A stretch of 64,000 nucleotides of DNA from an uncultured Acidobacteriota bacterium (GTDB taxonomy: Bacteria > Acidobacteriota > Thermoanaerobaculia > Multivoradales > UBA5704): assembly GCA_963770895.1 (NCBI GenBank), contig CAVYRF010000002.1:2880001-2944000 (forward strand), written 5' to 3'. Position 1 is the stretch's first letter; each line of letters begins with the position of its first letter. Positions 37,986 to 47,633 of this stretch are shown piece by piece. A model generated the notes under the pieces. The model made no database searches, was not told the origin of the DNA, and worked only from the letters and a program-made list of their open reading frames with translations. The position numbers and the translations under genes were made by a program.

Positions 37986-38297
37986 GGACGGGGCCTAGAG
38001 AAGGGGATGGTATCGCTCGCTGAGCGTCGCCGCCCGCGGCAACGAGAGCGCCCGGATCAGCGGATTGTCTGGCACAGTGTCGCGATGCGCGCCCATTTGA
38101 CGGAATGCTAACACCTTTGGGCAGGTGTTCGCAGGCGCTGGAGCGGGTCACACCCTCCCCCCGTCGGCCAGGGTCGCCGGCGACCCGCAGACCGGCGTTG
38201 GCCGCCGCACGAGCGGGCCATGAAGCCGTTCAGCCTCGGCGATGGCCTGGCCGTCGTCTGCAATATCTGCATTCCTGCCGTGCGGTAAAATAGCCGC

Positions 38298-41200
38298 ATG
38301 CCAGACCACGGCGGGAGGCTCGCGATCGTTGTGCGGGGGACCGAGATCGTGGGCACCGACCCGCCTCGGCTTGCCCGGCAGAAGCTGGCGCGGATCACCT
38401 TGGATTCGATGGTTCAATTCGTCGGGCTGTTGGATGCGCAGGGTACGGTGCTGGAGATCAACAAGGTGGCGCTCGACGCCGTGGGGGTCGAACTCGCCGA
38501 GGTCGAGGGGAAGCCGTTTTGGACCACCTTCTGGTGGCAGGTGTCGGATGAGATCCGGGCGATCCTGCGGGAGTCGATCGCGCGCGCGGCGCAGGGCGAG
38601 TTCGTGCGCTGGGATACGGAGATCTACGGGCGCGCTGGCGGCAAGGAGACGATCGTCATCGACGCCTCGCTTTGCCCGGTGGCGGATGACGATGGCAATG
38701 TCGTGTTCATCTGTGCCGAGGGCCGCGACATCACGGCGAAAAAGGCGCAGGAGCGGGAGATCGCCGCGAAAAACGTCGAGCTGCAGGGGCTGCTCGAGCG
38801 CATTCGCGAGCTCGACGAGATCAAGACGCAGTTCTTTGCCAACGTGAGCCACGAGCTGCGCACGCCGCTGGCGCTCATCCTCGGCCCCGCGCAGCGGCTG
38901 AGTGACGACGACGGCACGATGGATCGCGCGCAGCGGCGCGAGTCGGCGCAGGTCGTGACGCGCAACGCGCGGATGCTGCTCAAGCACGTCAACGATCTGC
39001 TCGACATGTCGAAGCTCGAGGCCGGCAAGCTGAAGATCGAGCTGCAAGACGTCGACGTCGCCGCGCTGACGCGCTTCCTGGCGTCGCATTTCGCCGTCCT
39101 GGCCGACGAGCGCGGCATCGCTCTCACGGTCGACGCCGGCGAACCCTGCCCGGCGGCCGTCGATCCCGACAAGCTGCAGCGGGTGTTCATGAACCTGCTG
39201 GCGAACGCGTTCAAGTTCACCCCTGCGGGGGGCAGCGTGCGCTGCGCGCTGCAACGCTCCGCGCACGAGCTGCGCGTCACGGTCGACGATTCCGGTCCCG
39301 GGGTCGAGCCAAGTCTCCGCAAGGCCATTTTCGAGCGCTTCCGCCAGGGCGACGGCGGCAGCAATCGCAAAGTGGGCGGCACCGGGCTCGGTCTGGCGAT
39401 CGCGAAGGAGTTCGTCGAGATGCACCAGGGCCGGATCGAGGTGACGGACTCGGACCTGGGCGGCGCTCGCTTTGAGGTCATGTTGCCGCTGCACCGCACG
39501 ACTGCCGGTGCGCTGGCAGGCGCGGCCGGGCCTGAAGCCGGTGTCGCTCGCGATGTGCTCGACGGCTTGATTGCCGAGCTGCAGCCGAGCGATCCGCCTC
39601 GCGTGACCGCGCTCGCGGCCGCGGCCGCGAGCGCGACACCGGGCGCGGGCGTCCGGCCGCGCATCCTGGTGGTGGAAGACAACGCGGATATGAACCGCTT
39701 CGTCACCCAGTGCCTGGCCGCCGACTACGAGGTGATCTCCGCCTTCGACGGCGGCGAGGGGCTGGAGATGGCGCTGCGCTTCCTCCCTGCGCTCGTCGTC
39801 TCCGACATCATGATGCCGAAGGTTAGCGGCGACGAGATGGTCGCCAGGATGCGCCAGCAGCCGGAGCTGCGGCAGACGCCGATCCTGCTGCTCTCCGCCA
39901 AGGCCGACGAGGCTTTGATGGTGAAGCTGCTTGACAGCGGCGCCCAGGACTTCATTGTGAAGCCGTTTTCCGAAAGGGATCTGGCGGTGCGCGTTCGCAA
40001 CCTTGTCCTGGCCCAGCAAGCGCGGAGCGAAACTGAGCTGCAAAAGCGGCTGCTGCATTCGCTTTTCATGCAGGCGCCGGCGCTGATCGCGGTGCTGCGT
40101 GGCCCGCAGCACCGGATCGAGCTGGCCAATCCGCCGATCTGCCAGGTTTGGGGCCACACCGAGCGCGAGGTAATGGGGCGGCCGTTTTTCGAGGTGATGG
40201 CCGAGCTGGGCGACCTGGAGTTCCCATCCCTGCTCGACAAGGTGTACCGCGAGGGCACCCCGTATGTCGGCAAGGAGACCCGCGTTACCTTCGACCGCGG
40301 CGAGGCCGGCACCGAGACGCTATTCTTGAACTTCGTCTATTCCCCGTTGCGCAACGCGGGCGGCCAGATCGACGGCATCTTTGTCATCGCGTCCGACGTT
40401 ACGGAGCAGGTGGTGGCGCGCCAGCAGGTCGACGGCCTGCGCCAGGCCGCGGAAGCCGCCAGCCGCGCCAAGGACGAGTTCCTGGCGATGCTCGGTCACG
40501 AGCTGCGCAATCCGTTGTCGCCGGTGGTGACGGCGTTGGAGCTGATGAAACTGCAAGATCCGCACGGGTCGGAGCGGGCGCGGACCATCATCGAGCGCCA
40601 GGTGCACAACCTCATCCGCCTGGTGGACGACCTTCTCGACGTGTCGCGGATCGCCCGCGGCAAGGTGGAGCTGAAGACGGAAACGGTGGAGATCGCTGAG
40701 GTGCTGGCGGAGGCCATCGAGACCGCGAGCCCGCTGGTCGAGCAGCGCGCTCACACTTTGCGCGTCGAGGTGGCGGCGAGCGGCCTGAGCGTCAACGCCG
40801 ACACGACGCGGTTGAGCCAGGTGATCTCGAACCTGCTGACGAATGCGGCGAAGTACACCCCGCCGGGAGGCGAGATCGCGGTCGCGGCGGCGCGGCTCGG
40901 CGACGAAGTCGTGCTGCGCGTTCGCGACACGGGCATCGGCATCGCGCCGGAGATTTTGCCGCACATCTTCGATCTCTTCGTGCAGGATCGCCAGACCGTC
41001 GAGCGTGCGCAGGGCGGGCTGGGCATTGGGTTGACGATCGTGCGCAATCTCGTCGAGCGGCACGGTGGCTCGGTGTCTGCGCATAGCGCCGGGCCGGGGC
41101 TAGGCAGCGAGTTCGTCGTGCGCCTGCCGGCGTCCGTCGCGACCGCCGATCCAGCCGGTGCGCTCCAGGCGCCGACGGGTCCGCCAGACGCGGTCTTGCG

Positions 41201-41573
41201 CGCGGGGGCGCCGCGCGTCCTGGTCGTCGACGACAACGAGGACGCCGCGACGACGCTCGCCCAGCTGCTCGCCCACCTGGGCCACGACACGCGGGTGGCG
41301 CACGACGCGCCTGCCGCCCTGCGAATCGCCGCGGATTTTCTGCCGGATGTCGCCGTGGTCGACATCGGTTTGCCGGTGATGGACGGCTACGAGCTGGCCG
41401 CCCATTTGCGGGAGATGCCGGGCCTCGCGGACCTCCACCTGATCGCGCTCACCGGCTATAGCCAGGAGTCGGATCGTCGCAAGTCGCAGGCGGCCGGCTT
41501 TGATCACCACCTGGTAAAGCCCGTCGGCGTCGACGCCCTGGAAGCGGCGATGAGCGCCGCCAGTCGGCGCTAG
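38298..41573 (+). CDS. Cytoplasmic hybrid histidine kinase: PAS-HK-REC-PAS-HK-REC
   Basis: Two H-boxes (NVSHELRTPL, MLGHELRNPL), two HATPase domains, two REC domains (VVEDN/DIMMP, VVDDN/DIGLP), no TM. Confidence 0.93.
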   Translation: MPDHGGRLAIVVRGTEIVGTDPPRLARQKLARITLDSMVQFVGLLDAQGTVLEINKVALDAVGVELAEVEGKPFWTTFWWQVSDEIRAILRESIARAAQGEFVRWDTEIYGRAGGKETIVIDASLCPVADDDGNVVFICAEGRDITAKKAQEREIAAKNVELQGLLERIRELDEIKTQFFANVSHELRTPLALILGPAQRLSDDDGTMDRAQRRESAQVVTRNARMLLKHVNDLLDMSKLEAGKLKIELQDVDVAALTRFLASHFAVLADERGIALTVDAGEPCPAAVDPDKLQRVFMNLLANAFKFTPAGGSVRCALQRSAHELRVTVDDSGPGVEPSLRKAIFERFRQGDGGSNRKVGGTGLGLAIAKEFVEMHQGRIEVTDSDLGGARFEVMLPLHRTTAGALAGAAGPEAGVARDVLDGLIAELQPSDPPRVTALAAAAASATPGAGVRPRILVVEDNADMNRFVTQCLAADYEVISAFDGGEGLEMALRFLPALVVSDIMMPKVSGDEMVARMRQQPELRQTPILLLSAKADEALMVKLLDSGAQDFIVKPFSERDLAVRVRNLVLAQQARSETELQKRLLHSLFMQAPALIAVLRGPQHRIELANPPICQVWGHTEREVMGRPFFEVMAELGDLEFPSLLDKVYREGTPYVGKETRVTFDRGEAGTETLFLNFVYSPLRNAGGQIDGIFVIASDVTEQVVARQQVDGLRQAAEAASRAKDEFLAMLGHELRNPLSPVVTALELMKLQDPHGSERARTIIERQVHNLIRLVDDLLDVSRIARGKVELKTETVEIAEVLAEAIETASPLVEQRAHTLRVEVAASGLSVNADTTRLSQVISNLLTNAAKYTPPGGEIAVAAARLGDEVVLRVRDTGIGIAPEILPHIFDLFVQDRQTVERAQGGLGIGLTIVRNLVERHGGSVSAHSAGPGLGSEFVVRLPASVATADPAGALQAPTGPPDAVLRAGAPRVLVVDDNEDAATTLAQLLAHLGHDTRVAHDAPAALRIAADFLPDVAVVDIGLPVMDGYELAAHLREMPGLADLHLIALTGYSQESDRRKSQAAGFDHHLVKPVGVDALEAAMSAASRR

Positions 41574-41733
41574 CCCGGCTCGGCCAGGTTTTGGCAAGAC
41601 GCTTCGCCGTGGGCCCCCCGGCCCGATCGCGGTCGCGCCGCAGGCGCGCCGCGGTCGGGGCAACTCGTGCGCGGGCCGAGCCGGTTTTTCCCCTAGCGCC
41701 GCCGCAGTTTTCTCAAGCGCAGCCGTCCTCGGT

Positions 41734-41742
41734 TGCTATACT
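41734..41742 (+). promoter_or_regulatory. Extended -10 promoter element of the RiPP precursor gene
   Basis: TGcTATACT, 36 nt upstream of ATG 41779; AAGGGGG RBS-like sequence. Confidence 0.6.
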
Positions 41743-41778
41743 GCGATCTTCCGTTCACTTTCTTTAAGGGGGATTTCC

Positions 41779-41934
41779 ATGAAGAAGGAACTGCGTCCGC
41801 AGGCCCGGAAGATCACGATTGCCAAGGAGACTCTGCGCCGGATGGCAGAGGGCCAGCTGCGCGAGGTCGCGGGTGGCATCTTCACCGCGGGTGGCACGTC
41901 CTGCGGCCCGAACAACCCCTGCTACGTAGACTGA
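41779..41934 (+). CDS. Double-glycine leader RiPP precursor (lanthipeptide-like), 51 aa
   Basis: Not in the ORF track. MKKELRPQARKITIAKETLRRMAEGQLREVAGG / IFTAGGTSCGPNNPCYVD, with its own promoter, RBS and terminator. Confidence 0.8.
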   Translation: MKKELRPQARKITIAKETLRRMAEGQLREVAGGIFTAGGTSCGPNNPCYVD

Positions 41935-41978
41935 TCGGGTAGTACGGTACCAGCCCGGCACTGCCGGGTGCAGGTACG

Positions 41979-42012
41979 ACGGCGGCGCCTCTGCGCCGCC
42001 GTTTTCCATTTT
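41979..42012 (+). terminator. Intrinsic terminator after the RiPP precursor
   Basis: ACGGCGGCGC-CTCT-GCGCCGCCGT-TTTCCATTTT. Confidence 0.75.
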
Positions 42013-42038
42013 GCGCCCGGTTGGCGGCCTAGCTATAG

Positions 42039-42680
42039 CTAGAGCGCGCTGGCTTCCCGTCGCACGAAAGCAAGAAGCCCTTGTCTAAAAGCCTGGAAGC
42101 TGCCTGACCGGTTTCTTTCCGGGTCCATATGGACGGAAATATCGTGGGCAGCCTGGATCTTGGCGAGGCCTCCGGGGTGATAGCCCGCCTTGTTCAGAAC
42201 CCGTTCCAACGCCTCGGCTGTGCCACCGGCGATGGCGTCTGGGTCTCTGTAAGGTGCCCGCTGGCATAGACTCGCCGGAACTCCAGGATAGGCAGTGCAG
42301 AGCGCGGCGTTGTCGCCGAAGAACCAGGCTTCCAACTCTTCGATCGCCAGTCGATTGAGGACCTGTGGCAAGTTCATTTTCCCGGCTTGGGAGACCGTCA
42401 GGAGGCCGGCCTGGCCGGCTGCCGCTTCCAGATCGCTCTTCAAGCGTCGACAGTCCGCCTGGTCGCGATCGACGAGCACCACGACGCCCCAGCCCTCGGG
42501 GAGCCAGCGCCGATATCCACGCAACCTCGCGCCGAGATTTCGCAGAAGGTTGCTCTTGCCGGCGTGCTGGTAAATCTTGAAGGTGACTTCAGCACCCAGG
42601 ATGCGAGGCAGGAGCTGGTCCAAAGCTGTCTCGGCGGAAGGTTCCTCGACCAGGACCTCGAGGTGGGAGAGGGACGGCAT
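42039..42680 (-). CDS. DUF4276-family (TOPRIM-like) protein
   Basis: LEVLVEEPSAE, HAGKSNLL, VLVDRD, IEELEAWFFGD, NRSGSF. Confidence 0.85.
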   Translation of the reverse strand: MPSLSHLEVLVEEPSAETALDQLLPRILGAEVTFKIYQHAGKSNLLRNLGARLRGYRRWLPEGWGVVVLVDRDQADCRRLKSDLEAAAGQAGLLTVSQAGKMNLPQVLNRLAIEELEAWFFGDNAALCTAYPGVPASLCQRAPYRDPDAIAGGTAEALERVLNKAGYHPGGLAKIQAAHDISVHMDPERNRSGSFQAFRQGLLAFVRREASAL

Positions 42681-43897
42681 CAGTGGCCAGGCAGAGTCTG
42701 GCCTCCGCTGGCGCGGAGAGGATCGCCGACTTCAAAATGACCCTCCAGCCATAAGTCGCCCAGCGCGGCGCCCTGACTCATGAACGCTTCGATGCCCTTC
42801 ATGTCCGCCGCACGCCTGGCCTGCGTGAAGCCAGCTTCGTCGCGGAACAGCATCCACACCTCGGACGATTTCAGCGCGTTCACGAAAAACGGCGAGTGAG
42901 AGCTGACCAGGAGCTGCGAGCGACTCGTTGCCTTACGGCACTCCTCAGCCAACGCGGGCAGGAGTCGAGGGTGTAGATAGTTCTCCGGCTCTTCCAGCCC
43001 AATCAGCTGCGGCGGGTCGGGGTCGTTGAGAATGGTCAGGTAGGCCAGCATCTTGAGCGTGCCGTCCGAGACGTAGCGCGCAAGAATCGGCCGCTCGAAC
43101 GGGGTATCCTTGATCTGTAGCAGGAGACGCCCGTCGTCCATCACGTCGGCATTCACCGACTCAAGCCGAGGGACCCGCTGGGCGAGCGTCCTGAGGATCT
43201 GACTCAGCCGGTCCGGGTACTGTTCCTTCAGGTGCTGCACCACGTTCGGGAGGTTGTCGCCACTTGCAGAGAGGCGCTCCTGCGGGCCCGCTTCGGCCAG
43301 CCCACGAGCGCTATCGGCACTCAGGTAGGAGAGATACCAACCGGTGACGAACTTCCGCAAGGCGCTGACCCGCGGATGTTTGGCAAATTGGCCCAAGGTG
43401 CTGACGGCAATCGCTTCAGGCGAGACCAGGCGTTCGTCGACACGCTCTGCCTCCTGGTCCGGCTCCTCCCCGGATATCACCCGGCCAGCGCCCAGGTGAA
43501 AATCCAGGAACTTGAAGGGGGCGCCGAAGCTGCCCCGCTTCCATCGCAGCCATTCCTCGGCCACAACCGGGCCTTTGGAGCTCTCGTCAATGGCAAGGTG
43601 GTAGGTGATTTTGGGCCTGCCCGGTTCGCGGTATCCGAGCTCGATGATGATGGGGCCGTCAGTTCCGCGCGTGCGCAATTCCTTAAATCTCCCGCGCCGG
43701 TCCCAGGCTTTCCTCAATCCTTGGGTGAAGCATTCGGAGAGAAATGCAAACACATCGAACAGCGTGGACTTTCCGCTGCCGTTAGGGCCCAGAAATACCG
43801 TGAGGGGCGTCAGGTCCTTCAGCGTCAGGTCCCGGAGGGCTCGGTACCGCTCGACGCGCAATGATTCGATACGCGGCACCTGTTGCGAGTCAGCCAT
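42680..43897 (-). CDS. AAA_21 / ABC-type ATPase
   Basis: [12 protein letters not shown], signature VSDGTLK, Walker [17 protein letters not shown]; TGATG overlap with DUF4276. Confidence 0.9.
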   Translation of the reverse strand: MADSQQVPRIESLRVERYRALRDLTLKDLTPLTVFLGPNGSGKSTLFDVFAFLSECFTQGLRKAWDRRGRFKELRTRGTDGPIIIELGYREPGRPKITYHLAIDESSKGPVVAEEWLRWKRGSFGAPFKFLDFHLGAGRVISGEEPDQEAERVDERLVSPEAIAVSTLGQFAKHPRVSALRKFVTGWYLSYLSADSARGLAEAGPQERLSASGDNLPNVVQHLKEQYPDRLSQILRTLAQRVPRLESVNADVMDDGRLLLQIKDTPFERPILARYVSDGTLKMLAYLTILNDPDPPQLIGLEEPENYLHPRLLPALAEECRKATSRSQLLVSSHSPFFVNALKSSEVWMLFRDEAGFTQARRAADMKGIEAFMSQGAALGDLWLEGHFEVGDPLRASGGQTLPGH

Positions 43898-44184
43898 TGC
43901 CCTCTAGCCTATCTCGTCTCGCGACGACCCGGTGGGTGCAGTGTCTCAGCGGTTGCCCCGACCTCGGCGCGCCTGCGGCGCGTCGCGATCGGGCCGGGGG
44001 GCGATGGCGGAGCGTCTTGCCGAGTGCGGACGGCGAGCTGCCGTTTGACAGCGGCGGCGGGTTCGGCTTGAATACGGGGCGCACTTGCGGACACGGCGGT
44101 ACGGCGCGCTCCGCCGATGGCTGGCACGCTGGGGCTGGGGGCGAGCGGCGATGGCTGGGCGCCGGCCAGGGGAGGGCTGAGGTC

Positions 44185-44985
44185 ATGGGCCAGGTAGTGG
44201 CTCTGGGACGGCGGGGGTTTGGCGCCACGGCGCGGCGGGACGCGTGGTGGCTGCAGCCCCTGGCCGTGCTGCTGGGGCTGGGAACGTTCATCGTGTATTC
44301 GACCTGGGCGGCGTTCCAGGGCGCTCACTACACGTGGGGGCCGTATCTGTCGCCGTTCTATTCGCCGGAGCTGTTCGGCAGCTCGCCGCATGCGTGGTTC
44401 GGCCCCAAGCCGGGGTGGTTTCCGGGTTGGCTGCCGTTTTCGCCGGCGCTGTTGATCCTGTGGATGCCGGGCGGCTTCCGGCTGACCTGCTACTACTACC
44501 GGGGCGCCTACTACAAGGCGTTTTGGGCCGACCCGCCGGCGTGCACGGTGGGCGAGCCGCGCAAATCGTACCTGGGCGAAAAGTCGTTCCCGCTGATCCT
44601 GCAGAACGCCCACCGCTACTTCCTGTACCTGGCGCTGCTGTTCCTGGTGGTTTTGGCGCACGACCTGTGGGAAGCGATGTGGTTTGCCGATCCGGCGACC
44701 GGCCAGACGCACTTCGGCATCGGCGTCGGCACGCTGGTACTGGCGACCAACCTGGTGATGCTTTCGGGCTACAGCTTCGGCTGCCACTCGCTGCGTCACC
44801 TGATCGGCGGCGGCCGCGACCTGCTGGCGGGCAGGAAGGTGACGCTGGCCGCGTATCGCTGCGCCGGGTGCTTCAACCGCCGCCACATGCTGTGGGCGTG
44901 GATGAGCCTGTGCACGGTGGGCTTCTCCGACCTGTACATCCGGCTCTGCTCGATGGGGATCTGGACCGACTGGAGGATCTTTTGA
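44185..44985 (+). CDS. Succinate dehydrogenase membrane anchor (Rv0249c/Sdh1-type)
   Basis: Five TMs, YLSPFYSP, FRLTCYYYRGAYY, QNAHRYF, GCHSLRHLIGG, HMLWAW. Confidence 0.85.
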   Translation: MGQVVALGRRGFGATARRDAWWLQPLAVLLGLGTFIVYSTWAAFQGAHYTWGPYLSPFYSPELFGSSPHAWFGPKPGWFPGWLPFSPALLILWMPGGFRLTCYYYRGAYYKAFWADPPACTVGEPRKSYLGEKSFPLILQNAHRYFLYLALLFLVVLAHDLWEAMWFADPATGQTHFGIGVGTLVLATNLVMLSGYSFGCHSLRHLIGGGRDLLAGRKVTLAAYRCAGCFNRRHMLWAWMSLCTVGFSDLYIRLCSMGIWTDWRIF

Positions 44986-46865
44986 CGGCTGAGCACCGCA
45001 GGTTCGAGTACGACGTGCTGGTGATCGGGGCCGGCGGCGCCGGGCTGCGCGCGGCGATCGAGGCATCGGCCGCCGGGGCGAAGGTGGCGGTGCTGTCCAA
45101 GTCGCTGCTGGGCAAGGCGCACACGGTGATGGCGGAGGGCGGCGTGGCGGCGGCGATGGGCAACGTCGACGACCGCGACAACTGGAAGGTGCATTTTGCC
45201 GACACCATGCGCGGCGGCCAGTATCTGAACAACCCGCGCATGGCGGAGATCCATGCCCGCGAGGCGCCGGCGCGGGTGCGCGAGCTGGAGGCGTGGGGGG
45301 CGCTGTTCGACCGCACCGCCGACGGCCGCATCCTGCAGCGCAACTTCGGCGGCCATCGCTATCCGCGCCTGGCGCACGTCGGCGACCGCACCGGCCTGGA
45401 GATGATCCGCACCCTGCAGGACCACGGCATCCACCAGGGGATCGACTTCCACATGGAGACGACGGTCGCCACCCTGCTGCGCGGCGGCCGCAACGGCGAG
45501 GGCGGCGTGGTGGGGGTGGTCGCCTACGACCGCGAGCGCGGCGGGGCGATGGTGTTCACCGCCGGCGCGGTGGTGCTGGCGACCGGCGGCATCGGCCGCG
45601 CCTTTGAGATCACCAGCAACAGCTGGGAGTACACCGGCGACGGCCTGGCGCTGGCCTACGAGGCGGGCGCCGACCTGATCGACATGGAGTTCGTGCAGTT
45701 CCACCCCACCGGCATGGTGTGGCCGCCCAGCGTGCGCGGCATCCTGGTGACCGAAGGGGTGCGCGGCGAAGGGGGCGTGCTGCGCAACCGCGAAGGGCGC
45801 CGCTTCATGTTCGACGACATCCCCGAGAACTACCGCAACCAGACCGCCGACAACGAAGACGAAGGGTGGCGCTACTGCCAGGGCGACAAGACGGCGCGCC
45901 GCCCCCCCGAGCTGCTGACCCGCGACCACGTGGCGCGCTGCATCGTGCGCGAGATCCGCGAGGGGCGGGGGAGCCCGCACGGCGGGGTGTTCCTCGACAT
46001 CTCGTGGATCGCGAGCCGCATCGCCGACGCTCCGGCCCACATCAAGAAAAAGCTCCCCAGCATGTACCACCAGTTCAAGGAGCTGGCGGGCATCGACATC
46101 ACCAAGGAGCCGATGGAGATCGGCCCCACCACCCACTACATGATGGGCGGCGTGCGCGTCGACGCCGAAACCCAGATGTCGACCGTGCCGGGGCTGTTCG
46201 CCGCCGGCGAGTGCGCGGCGGGGCTGCACGGCGCCAACCGCCTGGGCGGCAACTCGCTGTCGGACCTGCTGGTGTTCGGCAAGCTGGCGGGCGAGCACGC
46301 CGCGGCGTTCGCCCGCCGCCGCAAGGCCGCCGCCCCCACCGACACCGCGGCCGGCGCCGCCCCCGTTCCCGCTCCCTCTCCCTCTGACAGTGCGCAGGTC
46401 GAGGCGGCGGTCGCGGCGCTCTACGCGCCGTTCGACCGCCCGCCGGCGGTGGCCGGCGACGGGCCCTACCAGATCCAGCGCAAGCTGCAGACCATGATGC
46501 AGGCCCAGGTCGGCATCGTGCGCCGCCACGACGACATGGCCAACGCCCTGGCCGGCATCGCCGCGCTGCGCGCCGAAGCGGCGGCGGTCGGCGCCACCGG
46601 CAACCGCCAGTACAACCCCGGCTGGCACACGGTGCTGGACCTGCAGAGCATGCTGATCGTCTCCGAAGCGGTGACGCGCGCCGCGATCGAGCGCCAGGAG
46701 AGCCGCGGCGCGCAGTTCCGCGACGACCATCCGGCCAAGGACGACGAGTTCGGCAAGGTCAACCTGGTGGTGCGCAAGGGCGCCGGCGGCGCCATGACGG
46801 TGACGCCCGAACCGGTGGTGCCGATGAGCGACGAGCAACGTGCGATCGTCGAGGAGATGAAGTGA
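44982..46865 (+). CDS. sdhA: Succinate dehydrogenase / fumarate reductase flavoprotein
   Basis: GAGGAG, AHTVMAEGG (FAD His), QFHPT, HYMMGG, HGANRLGGNSL; TTG start overlaps the upstream TGA. Confidence 0.95.
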   Translation: MTAEHRRFEYDVLVIGAGGAGLRAAIEASAAGAKVAVLSKSLLGKAHTVMAEGGVAAAMGNVDDRDNWKVHFADTMRGGQYLNNPRMAEIHAREAPARVRELEAWGALFDRTADGRILQRNFGGHRYPRLAHVGDRTGLEMIRTLQDHGIHQGIDFHMETTVATLLRGGRNGEGGVVGVVAYDRERGGAMVFTAGAVVLATGGIGRAFEITSNSWEYTGDGLALAYEAGADLIDMEFVQFHPTGMVWPPSVRGILVTEGVRGEGGVLRNREGRRFMFDDIPENYRNQTADNEDEGWRYCQGDKTARRPPELLTRDHVARCIVREIREGRGSPHGGVFLDISWIASRIADAPAHIKKKLPSMYHQFKELAGIDITKEPMEIGPTTHYMMGGVRVDAETQMSTVPGLFAAGECAAGLHGANRLGGNSLSDLLVFGKLAGEHAAAFARRRKAAAPTDTAAGAAPVPAPSPSDSAQVEAAVAALYAPFDRPPAVAGDGPYQIQRKLQTMMQAQVGIVRRHDDMANALAGIAALRAEAAAVGATGNRQYNPGWHTVLDLQSMLIVSEAVTRAAIERQESRGAQFRDDHPAKDDEFGKVNLVVRKGAGGAMTVTPEPVVPMSDEQRAIVEEMK

Positions 46866-47605
46866 TGGCGCGAGCGACCTTCAAGATCTGGCGCGGCGAC
46901 GCGGCGGGCGGCGAGCTGCGCGACTACGCGACCGAGGTGACCGAGGGCATGGTGGTGCTCGACGCCGTGCACCAGATCCAGGCCGAGTCGGCCGGCGACC
47001 TGGCGGTGCGCTGGAACTGCAAGGCCGGCAAGTGCGGCTCCTGCTCGGCCGAGGTGAACGGCAACCCGCGCCTGATGTGCATGACGCGGCTGTCCGACCT
47101 GCCGCTGGACCAGCCGGTGACGATCGAGCCGATGCGCAGCTTTCCGCCGCTGCGCGACCTGGTGACCGACGTGTCGTTCAACTTTGCCGCCAAGCGCAAG
47201 ATCAAGCAGTTCAAGCCGCGGCCGGCGGACGCCCCCGACGGCACCTGGCGCATCGCGCAGGACGACGTGGAGCGGGTGCAGGAGTTCCGCAAGTGCATCG
47301 AATGCTTCCTCTGCCAGGACGTCTGCCACGTGCTGCGCGAGCATCACCTGCACGACCGCTTCATCGGGCCGCGCCTGCTGGTGTACACGGCGGCGCTCGA
47401 AATGCACCCGCTGGACGTGGAAGACCGTCTGGCCGACCTGCGCCACGAACAGGGGATCGGCTACTGCAACATCACCAAGTGCTGTACCAAGGTGTGCCCC
47501 GAAGGGATTACCATCACGGACAACGCCATCATTCCGCTCAAGGAGCGGGTGGTGGACGAGTTCTTCGATCCCCTGGGCAAGCTGCTGCGCGTCTTCCGCC
47601 GCTGA
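46862..47605 (+). CDS. sdhB: Succinate dehydrogenase iron-sulfur subunit
   Basis: CKAGKCGSC...C, CIECFLCQDVC, CNITKCCTKVCP. Confidence 0.95.
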   Translation: MMARATFKIWRGDAAGGELRDYATEVTEGMVVLDAVHQIQAESAGDLAVRWNCKAGKCGSCSAEVNGNPRLMCMTRLSDLPLDQPVTIEPMRSFPPLRDLVTDVSFNFAAKRKIKQFKPRPADAPDGTWRIAQDDVERVQEFRKCIECFLCQDVCHVLREHHLHDRFIGPRLLVYTAALEMHPLDVEDRLADLRHEQGIGYCNITKCCTKVCPEGITITDNAIIPLKERVVDEFFDPLGKLLRVFRR

Positions 47606-47633
47606 CCCACCGGGGTCCGGCAGGAGGCCAACC

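Noticed and set aside
41733-42009. Track ORFs 41733-41942 (+) and 41764-42009 (-)
   Set aside because: They overlap the better supported 41779-41934 precursor, which has an RBS, leader motif and terminator.
42029-42042. Palindrome CTAGCTATAGCTAG at the edge of the ATPase/DUF4276 cassette as a MITE footprint
   Set aside because: Suggestive because of the CTAG ends, but too short and without a matching element end.
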